Positions 7,331 through 13,920 of a DNA stretch of 45,494 nucleotides are shown one piece after another. Source of the stretch: an uncultured Eubacterium sp. (GTDB lineage: Bacteria > Bacillota > Clostridia > Oscillospirales > Acutalibacteraceae); NCBI GenBank assembly GCA_910577215.1, contig CAJTMQ010000005.1:244-45737 (forward strand), given 5' to 3'. How positions within the stretch are numbered: the stretch's first letter is position 1; the number at the start of each line of letters is the position of its first letter. The position numbers and the translations under genes were made by a program. The notes beneath the pieces are model-generated. The model did no database searches. It saw nothing but the letters and a program-made list of their open reading frames with translations, and was not told the DNA's origin.

Positions 7331-8761
7331 ATGAAAAGAAAAAATATTGTTTTAGCTGGAATAGTTATATTTGTTGCTTTGGTTTTAGTTATATTTATTG
7401 TTATCAATAGTCGTCCGAAAACTTATAATAGTAATACAATAAATGGAGCGAATGTTGAACATATTAGTAATGTTGATGTTGAGATTACAACCCAGATTCA
7501 TAAAACAGAAGTTCCTGATGGATATATCGGAATATATACAGTTGATGATTTTGAATACATTAGAACAAATCCGTCTTATAATTATATCTTAATGAATGAT
7601 TTGGATTTTTCGGATGTTACAGATTGGAAATCTCCTAATATTAAAAGTATGTTTGATGGTAATAATTATTCAATAATGAATTTTATGCAAAATACATCAT
7701 TGTTCAGTGTTTGCTATGGAACAATACAAAATTTGAATATGCAAAACATTGAAATCAGTGGTAAATCCATACTTTGTAGAGAGTTGTCAGCATACTACCA
7801 TGATGATGAGAATCATTTATATCCAGGAACATTGAAAAATTGTAATATTGAAGGAAAAATAAATTATGCAGTAACGGATGCTGAAAGTGACGTAGTCAAT
7901 GTTGGAGGAATCATTTCATATGCAAAAGGTGATCCTTCTAATTCGGAAATAAGCCCAATAATAGACGATTGTATTTTCAATGGTACTATAAGTGTAACAT
8001 ATGCATTCGATAATTATTTCCAGAATAATAGCACCCATTTATTAATAGGCGGTATTGTTGGATTTATTGATGAGGGCACAATTTCTAATTGTATAACTGG
8101 TGGAAAAATAACATATAACGAAACTAACATGGAAAACAACTGGGACAATCTTTTGGCAAATATTGGTGGAATTGCAGGAAGTACTGGATACGGAACAATA
8201 GAAAATACCAAAAATGAAATTAACATTGTATCAAATAGTGAATCTATAAATGCGGCTGGAATTGTTGGACTTGTAGGTAAGCAATTAAAATCAACTGTAA
8301 TTAGCGGATGCTGCAATTTAGGAAACATAACTTTGCAAGAAAAGTATAGTGGATCGGTTATAGATTCGTCTATAAAAGCAGGTGGAATTATTGCGAATTA
8401 TGATTATCCGTATTTGCCTACTATTTACAATTGTTATAATTCGGGAAGCATAACAGCTAATAACGTTGGAGGATTGTCATGTTGTTCAGCAAATTTAAAA
8501 TTCTGTTATAATATTGGTGAAATTAAAGGAACAAATAAAGCGGGAGCTTTGCTTTGTGATAAAAATGAAAATATTGAATATTGTTATTCTCTCAATAATG
8601 GTGTTGATGTTACAAGTGATGGCGGCAAATATCCTTATGTTAAAGTACTTTCGGAAGAAGAAATGAAAAATCAATCTTCGTTTGAATGGTTGAATTTTAA
8701 TGATGTTTGGACTTTTTCAGACGGCGAATATAAGTATCCCACATTAAAAAATTGTCAATAG
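7331..8761 (+). CDS. Membrane-anchored extracellular GLUG-motif (beta-helix-like) repeat protein
   Basis: N-terminal MKRKN plus a hydrophobic anchor. YILMNDLDFS...FDGNNYSI head motif. Repeated (V/I/A)GGI(V/I/A)G units with I.NC.N.G.I spacers. C-terminal EEMK..SSFEWLNFNDVW...YPTL. Confidence 0.75.
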   Translation: MKRKNIVLAGIVIFVALVLVIFIVINSRPKTYNSNTINGANVEHISNVDVEITTQIHKTEVPDGYIGIYTVDDFEYIRTNPSYNYILMNDLDFSDVTDWKSPNIKSMFDGNNYSIMNFMQNTSLFSVCYGTIQNLNMQNIEISGKSILCRELSAYYHDDENHLYPGTLKNCNIEGKINYAVTDAESDVVNVGGIISYAKGDPSNSEISPIIDDCIFNGTISVTYAFDNYFQNNSTHLLIGGIVGFIDEGTISNCITGGKITYNETNMENNWDNLLANIGGIAGSTGYGTIENTKNEINIVSNSESINAAGIVGLVGKQLKSTVISGCCNLGNITLQEKYSGSVIDSSIKAGGIIANYDYPYLPTIYNCYNSGSITANNVGGLSCCSANLKFCYNIGEIKGTNKAGALLCDKNENIEYCYSLNNGVDVTSDGGKYPYVKVLSEEEMKNQSSFEWLNFNDVWTFSDGEYKYPTLKNCQ

Positions 8762-8770
8762 TATATAACT

Positions 8771-8800
8771 AAAAGAATCCCTCTGTGAGGGATTCTTTTT
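8771..8800 (+). terminator. Rho-independent terminator
   Basis: AAAAGAATCCCTC-tgt-GAGGGATTCTTTTT. Confidence 0.88.
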
Positions 8801-8863
8801 ACATTTAAAACCATTTTGGCGAATATGCCCAAAAACAATTTTTATTTTTGTTGCCAATATTGA

Positions 8864-8892
8864 TTGCGATAAATTTCATACTATGTTATAAT
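8864..8892 (+). promoter_or_regulatory. sigma-A promoter of the SCP2/aminotransferase/transketolase operon
   Basis: TTGCGA-17 nt-TATAAT with an extended -10 TG. AAGGAGG RBS precedes the TTG start at 8939. Confidence 0.72.
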
Positions 8893-8938
8893 TTTATCAA
8901 ATATAAAATTTTTATAAACTGCACAAGGAGGAATTAAT

Positions 8939-9703
8939 TTGAAAGAAGCAAAAGCAATGGCATATGTGAATATGTATGGCGTACTTGCAACTCTTGAAAA
9001 CCTTTGTGAAATAGATGATGAGGCGAAAGCAGTATTAAGCACCCTTAAAAAGCCTGTTTCACTTTGCTTTGATGTTGCAGGCGGTCCTTGCTGCACATTT
9101 AATTTTACGAAAGACGGATGTAAAATGACAGAAGGTACTGTTGGTTGTACCTGCAAAATGAATTTTGCATCACCCGAAAAGTTCAATGCTCTTATTGACA
9201 ACAGCAAGCCGGGTGTTCCTGTAAAGGGAATAGCTCAGGTACTGTCCTTCCTTTTAGGTCCGTTCACGAAGCTTACAGACAGGCTCACAAAGCTTTTAAT
9301 GCCGAATGAAGAGGATTTGAAGGACAGAGCATTCTTTGAGGAATCCACTGTTTTAACATTTTACACAATTGCAGGTGCAATTTCTGCTCTTGCAAATTCA
9401 GATTCTATATCTATGTTTACGGCACAGAGCACGGTAGACGGCTCCGTTTTAATGGGTATTAAGGATACCTGCTATGCAACAATCACCGTAAGAAATCATG
9501 AGTTCAAAACAATTAAGGAAAAAACAGCCGCTCCAAGAGCAATTATGGAATTTGCCGATATTGATTTGGCATATGGATTGTTTACAGGCACCGTGTCAAC
9601 GATTGCCGAGCTTTGCAAGGGCAATATACATATGGCAGGCATGATTTCCATGGTAGATAATCTGAACCGTATATTAGACAGAGTTGCCGCTTATCTTGGT
9701 TAA
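8939..9703 (+). CDS. Hypothetical protein with two SCP2 (sterol carrier/lipid-binding)-like domains
   Basis: TTG start with AAGGAGG RBS. The C-half pattern (ATITVRNHEF...IMEFADIDLAYGLFTGTVS....LCKGNIHMAG..SMVDNLNRIL) resembles the SCP2 fold, and the N-half has a similar pattern. Paralogous to 12974-13771. The fold call is by eye. Confidence 0.55.
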   Translation: MKEAKAMAYVNMYGVLATLENLCEIDDEAKAVLSTLKKPVSLCFDVAGGPCCTFNFTKDGCKMTEGTVGCTCKMNFASPEKFNALIDNSKPGVPVKGIAQVLSFLLGPFTKLTDRLTKLLMPNEEDLKDRAFFEESTVLTFYTIAGAISALANSDSISMFTAQSTVDGSVLMGIKDTCYATITVRNHEFKTIKEKTAAPRAIMEFADIDLAYGLFTGTVSTIAELCKGNIHMAGMISMVDNLNRILDRVAAYLG

Positions 9704-9720
9704 TGTTGGAGGATGATAAT

Positions 9721-11001
9721 ATGAGTAAATTTCCTGAATATAAACACGAAAAAAGCCAGGAATGGTTTAACAGAGCACTTGATGCCATTCCGTCAGGTGT
9801 ATATGGTCATTTAGGTCCGAGTGAGGGCTTGTTTCTCCCCATCACCAAATGGCCTTTAATGTCACAGAAAGCTAAGGGTACATATTTCTGGGATGTAGAC
9901 GGTAATAAATATCTTGATTTAATGTGTGCTTACGGTCCCAACGTTCTCGGCTACTGCGATGATGATGTTGATGCTGCTGCTATGGAGCAGCTCCGAATCG
10001 GAAACTGCACAACCTCACCATCATATAAAATGGTAGAATGTGCAGAAATGCTTAAGGATACCGTTGCAAGTGCGGATTGGGCATTCTTTATGAAAAACGG
10101 CTCTGATGCAACAACCTTCTCCGTTATGTGTGCAAGAGCACATACGGGCAAGAAGAAAATGCTGTTTCTCAAGGGCTACTATCACGGTGATTTCCAGTGG
10201 GCGCAGAAGATGGACTATCCGGGTATTCTTCCTGAGGATGTTATGCATAATGTTGTAGTTCCGTGGTTTGATATTGAAGCACTTAAGAAGGCTTATGATG
10301 AATGCGGCGGAGATGTTGCAGGTCTTATTGCACAGCCTTATGACCACGGCAACTTTAAGGATAATGAGTGCGCTACAAAGGATTATTGGCAGCAGGTTCG
10401 CAAATTCTGTGACGAACGCGGAATAGTTCTTATTTTTGATGATGTACGTACAGGCTTCCGCCTTGATATTGCAGGTTCGGATCATTATTACGGAATCAAG
10501 GCAGACCTGATCTGCTTCTGTAAAGCTCTTGCAAACGGATACAATATGTCTGCCGTTTGCGGCGGTGAGCATATGAAGGCAACTGCATCATCTGTTACAT
10601 ATACAGGCTCTTACTGGATGAGTGCTGAGCCGTTTGCGGCTTGTCTTGCATGTATTCCGAAAATGAAAAAACTTGATATTCCTAACCTCTTCCGTAAGGT
10701 CGGAACAAAGCTTACACAGGGCTTTGTTGATGCAGGTAAGGAGCACGGCTTTAATCTTGTTGTTTCGGGTGAACCCGCACTGTTTTATTTAAGAATAGCG
10801 AATGATGACAGCTTAATGCTTCATCAGGAATGGATTGCGGAATGTGTTTCAAGAGGTCTTTTCCTTGCATCGCACCACAATCACTTTATTAATGCTGCAA
10901 TCACAGACGAGGATGTGAAGCTTGCGATTGATATTGCTGAGGATGCTTTCAGCGTTGTTCAGGCGAACCATCCGGAGCTTGATTTATCACCAATCAAATA
11001 A
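9721..11001 (+). CDS. Class III PLP aminotransferase (glutamate-1-semialdehyde aminotransferase-like fold, probably a different substrate)
   Basis: AKGTYFWDVDGNKYLD, YGPNVLG, KNGSDA, GYYHG, LIFDDVRTGFR, ADLICFCKALANG (PLP Lys). A GGAGG RBS supports the ATG at 9721; an alternative ATG at 9703 overlaps the upstream stop. Confidence 0.85.
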   Translation: MSKFPEYKHEKSQEWFNRALDAIPSGVYGHLGPSEGLFLPITKWPLMSQKAKGTYFWDVDGNKYLDLMCAYGPNVLGYCDDDVDAAAMEQLRIGNCTTSPSYKMVECAEMLKDTVASADWAFFMKNGSDATTFSVMCARAHTGKKKMLFLKGYYHGDFQWAQKMDYPGILPEDVMHNVVVPWFDIEALKKAYDECGGDVAGLIAQPYDHGNFKDNECATKDYWQQVRKFCDERGIVLIFDDVRTGFRLDIAGSDHYYGIKADLICFCKALANGYNMSAVCGGEHMKATASSVTYTGSYWMSAEPFAACLACIPKMKKLDIPNLFRKVGTKLTQGFVDAGKEHGFNLVVSGEPALFYLRIANDDSLMLHQEWIAECVSRGLFLASHHNHFINAAITDEDVKLAIDIAEDAFSVVQANHPELDLSPIK

Positions 11002-11019
11002 TTTTTAGGAGGAAATCTT

Positions 11020-11913
11020 ATGCCAGCAAATTTTAAGCCGTTTGATAAGGAAGAATGGCTTCGTCTTGAAAAAAAGGCAGATGAATTAAGGCGCCTTACC
11101 GTTAAAACAGCAGTTTGGGGCGGTTCGGGTCACATCGGCGGTGCAATGAGTGCCATGGATGCCATGACAATTCTTTACCACCGTTTTATGAAATTGGATG
11201 TTAATAATCCCGATATGGAGGACAGAGATCGTTTTGTTCTTTCAAAGGGTCATTCGGCAGTAGGATATGCTCCCGTAATTGTTGATTACGGCTTTATGCC
11301 TGAGGAAGAGCTCCATATCTTTAATCTTACAGGTGCAAAAATCGGTATGCATCTTGACTGCAATAAGGTTAAGGGTGTTGACTGCTCAACGGGTTCACTC
11401 GGTCACGGAATTTCTCTTGCAGTTGGCTTTGCTCTTGCAGGCAGAGTAAACGGCATAGACTATATGAATTATGTTATTACAGGTGACGGCGAGCTTAACG
11501 AGGGCTCCAACTGGGAGGCTGCTATGAGTGCCGCTCAGTTCAAGCTTTCAAATGTTGTTGTTCTTTGTGACATCAATAAATGTATGATTGACGGCAGGGT
11601 TGACGATGAAATGAAGGTTGAACCTGTTGATAAAAAGTTTGAAGCATTCGGCTTCAACGTTATCCGTGTTAACGGTCACAATATGAAGGAACTCAATGAT
11701 GCAATTGAGGCTGCAATCAAAAATCATCAGGACGGCGGAGATAAGCCTACTGCTATTGTTATGGATACAATCAAGGGTGCAGGTGTTGACTTTATGGAGG
11801 ATAATTACCTCTGGCATTACGGCTCACTTGACGAAGCAATGGTAGAAAAAGCAACCGCATCACTTGATCATTATTATAAGGCTCGTTGCGAGCGTGCAGA
11901 AAAGGAGGCATAA
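11020..11913 (+). CDS. Transketolase-like enzyme, N-terminal (ThDP-binding) subunit
   Basis: SGHIGGAMS, DRFVLSKGH, STGSLGHG, ThDP motif GDGELNEGSNWEA...DIN, VNGHN, TIKGAGV..ME...WH. Confidence 0.92.
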   Translation: MPANFKPFDKEEWLRLEKKADELRRLTVKTAVWGGSGHIGGAMSAMDAMTILYHRFMKLDVNNPDMEDRDRFVLSKGHSAVGYAPVIVDYGFMPEEELHIFNLTGAKIGMHLDCNKVKGVDCSTGSLGHGISLAVGFALAGRVNGIDYMNYVITGDGELNEGSNWEAAMSAAQFKLSNVVVLCDINKCMIDGRVDDEMKVEPVDKKFEAFGFNVIRVNGHNMKELNDAIEAAIKNHQDGGDKPTAIVMDTIKGAGVDFMEDNYLWHYGSLDEAMVEKATASLDHYYKARCERAEKEA

Positions 11914-11917
11914 GAAT

Positions 11918-12928
11918 ATGGGCGGAATGACATATACTATGACAGATACAACCAAACTCTCAACAGCTGAGTGTTATGGTATTGCACTTTGCGAGCTTGG
12001 TGAAGAGCACAAGGATGTTGTTGCTCTTACTGCGGATCTTGCAAAATCAACCAAAATCGGTATGTTCGGCGAGCAGTTCCCTGAGCGTTTCTTCAACGTT
12101 GGTATTGCGGAGCAGAATCTTTTCGGTGTTGCGGCAGGTATGGCTAAAAACGGTCTTGTGCCTTTTGCTTCAACATTTGCTATTTTTACAGCAGCCCGTT
12201 CTTTAGACCAGATTCACACGGACATCTGCTATCAGAATGTTCCTGTTAAAATTATTGCAACACACGCAGGCACCTCCTTCGGTCAGGCAGGCTCAACGCA
12301 CCATTCGCTTATTGATATGGCTTGTATGAGAAGTTTGCCGAATATGACCGTAATCTGCCCCTGTGACGGTGCGGAAACATATCATGCAGTTAAGGCTGCA
12401 TATGACATTGAAGGTCCTGTTTACATTCGTATTAACCGCGGCTTTGATCAGGTTATTTATAAGAATGTTGAGGACTGCAAATTTGAATGGAATAAATCCA
12501 CCCTTATGAATGACGGTACGGATATTACCGTTATTGCCTGCGGCTCCTGTGTGTTTGAAGCAATGCAGGCTGCACGTATAGCTGAGGCAGATGCAGGTCT
12601 TAAGGTTAGAGTTATTAATATGCATACAATCAAGCCTGTTGATGAAGAGGCAATTATGAGTGCAATTATGGATACACGCCGTATCATAACTGCAGAGGAT
12701 CACGAGGTTATGGGCGGTCTTGGCTCTGCCGTTGCAGAGGTTGTTGCAAAGTCAGGCAAGGCTTGCGCATTTAAAATGCTCGGCCATCAGAATGCATTTT
12801 CAACAATCGGTCTGCAGGAGGATTTGCTTGCTATGGCTAAAATTGATGCAAACGGTATTGCCGAAGCAATTCAGGAAATGATGCATGCCGATTTTGAAGC
12901 AGATGATGCTTGGGATGACGAATTCTAA
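11918..12928 (+). CDS. Transketolase-like enzyme, C-terminal (pyrimidine-binding + C-terminal) subunit
   Basis: ADLAKST, FPERFFNVGIAEQN, PFASTFAIF, GPVYIR, MHTIKPVD, EDH..GGLGSAVAE. Start re-set to the ATG at 11918 after AGGAGG. Confidence 0.92.
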   Translation: MGGMTYTMTDTTKLSTAECYGIALCELGEEHKDVVALTADLAKSTKIGMFGEQFPERFFNVGIAEQNLFGVAAGMAKNGLVPFASTFAIFTAARSLDQIHTDICYQNVPVKIIATHAGTSFGQAGSTHHSLIDMACMRSLPNMTVICPCDGAETYHAVKAAYDIEGPVYIRINRGFDQVIYKNVEDCKFEWNKSTLMNDGTDITVIACGSCVFEAMQAARIAEADAGLKVRVINMHTIKPVDEEAIMSAIMDTRRIITAEDHEVMGGLGSAVAEVVAKSGKACAFKMLGHQNAFSTIGLQEDLLAMAKIDANGIAEAIQEMMHADFEADDAWDDEF

Positions 12929-12973
12929 ATTTTCAGTTTCAGTATTATTTGTTTATGAAAGGAATGTGTTATT

Positions 12974-13771
12974 ATGTCTTCTGATGAAGCTCGTTACACC
13001 AATAAGGTGTTTATGGCAGGCGCTCTGCCGCTTATGAAAACTATTGCAACCGATGTTCCTGAGCTTGCTAAGAAATTTGCGGGTGTTCATGCTGTTTATC
13101 AGGTTTCCGCAAAGGTAAATGCACAGGATAAGGAGGCCGTTCACTTTATTGTTGAGGACGGTGAATGGTCCTGCAAGCTTGGTGAATACTTCGGTCAGCA
13201 GAAAATTGATGCAGAGCTTGAATTTTCATCAATTGAAAAGATGAACGCTTTTATGAAGGGCGATATGTCTAAGCTTCCGAAAATGAAAATTAAGTCTTTA
13301 TCTAAATTTGTTAAGTTTATGGCTGTGCTCCTTAAAATGAGCAGCCTTCTCGGCATTAAAGAACCTCCTGAAAATGATGAGGAAACTTCGGTGCTTCTTT
13401 GTAAGCTTTATTTCTATCTTCTTTCAAGCGGTATCAGCCAGCTTAACAAATTAGGTCATCCTGCTATTCATGAATGGACTCTTAAATCGCCCGACCGCTG
13501 TTATCAGTGGGAGGTTGTGGGTCATCCCGAATGCACAGCGTATATCCGCATTAAAGCAGGAAAATCACGTGCAGGCAGGGGAGAATACAAAAGAGCAAAG
13601 CCGTTTTTCTGTATGAAATTTGATACACCTACGTCGGCTCTTAAAATTCTTCTCGGTACAGGCGATATGTTCCAGATGACTGCTGATAAGCAGCTTATGA
13701 TGGAGGGTGGTCCTGAGTTTGGTGTTCAGATTGGTGACTATATGATGGTTGTAGGCGATCTTGCAAAATAA
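12974..13771 (+). CDS. Hypothetical protein with two SCP2-like domains (paralog of 8939-9703)
   Basis: VHFIVEDGEWSCKLG...DAELEFSSIEKMNAFMKG and AYIRIKAGK...CMKFDTPTSALKILLG.GD.......QLMMEG, both SCP2-like patterns. AAAGGA RBS. The fold call is by eye. Confidence 0.55.
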   Translation: MSSDEARYTNKVFMAGALPLMKTIATDVPELAKKFAGVHAVYQVSAKVNAQDKEAVHFIVEDGEWSCKLGEYFGQQKIDAELEFSSIEKMNAFMKGDMSKLPKMKIKSLSKFVKFMAVLLKMSSLLGIKEPPENDEETSVLLCKLYFYLLSSGISQLNKLGHPAIHEWTLKSPDRCYQWEVVGHPECTAYIRIKAGKSRAGRGEYKRAKPFFCMKFDTPTSALKILLGTGDMFQMTADKQLMMEGGPEFGVQIGDYMMVVGDLAK

Positions 13772-13826
13772 AAATAAGAGCCTGACTTACCATAGGCAAG
13801 TCAGAATCCCGATAACCGATAAAATT

Positions 13827-13858
13827 AACACCGTTGTTTTTAAAACAACGGTGTTTTT
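13827..13858 (+). terminator. Rho-independent terminator closing the five-gene operon
   Basis: AACACCGTTGTTT-tta-AAACAACGGTGTT-TTT. An extra imperfect hairpin (CTGACTT..AAGTCAG) lies at 13782-13804. Confidence 0.85.
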
Positions 13859-13861
13859 ATG

Positions 13862-13889
13862 TTGATTTTATTCTAATAATTGGTATAAT
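13862..13889 (+). promoter_or_regulatory. sigma-A promoter for pyk operon
   Basis: TTGATT-16 nt-TATAAT with an extended TG. GAGGTG RBS precedes 13921. Confidence 0.65.
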
Positions 13890-13920
13890 AACATTGTCTG
13901 ACAAACTATGAGGTGAAAAA

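Noticed and set aside
5690..8810. Prophage or ICE
   Set aside because: No integrase, relaxase, transposase, structural genes or att-like direct repeats were seen. It is only a small accessory insert.
8814..8834. Imperfect inverted repeat TTTTGGC-gaatat-GCCCAAAA upstream of the lipid-operon promoter as an operator
   Set aside because: Short, imperfect and single-copy, with no regulator gene in the operon. Too weak to call without comparative data.
9721..11001. hemL assignment
   Set aside because: HemL-diagnostic motifs are altered and no other tetrapyrrole genes are adjacent, so the gene symbol is withheld.
11864..11917. Longer N-termini for transketolase C (also rdgB from 31765, rsfS from 33934, HTH from 7255)
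   Set aside because: These extensions overlap upstream genes or promoters. Downstream ATGs have proper RBSs and match the family N-termini.
11020..12928. Transketolase split in two as a frameshifted pseudogene
   Set aside because: Both halves have their own RBS and start and end at the normal domain boundary. Two-subunit transketolases are common in Clostridia.
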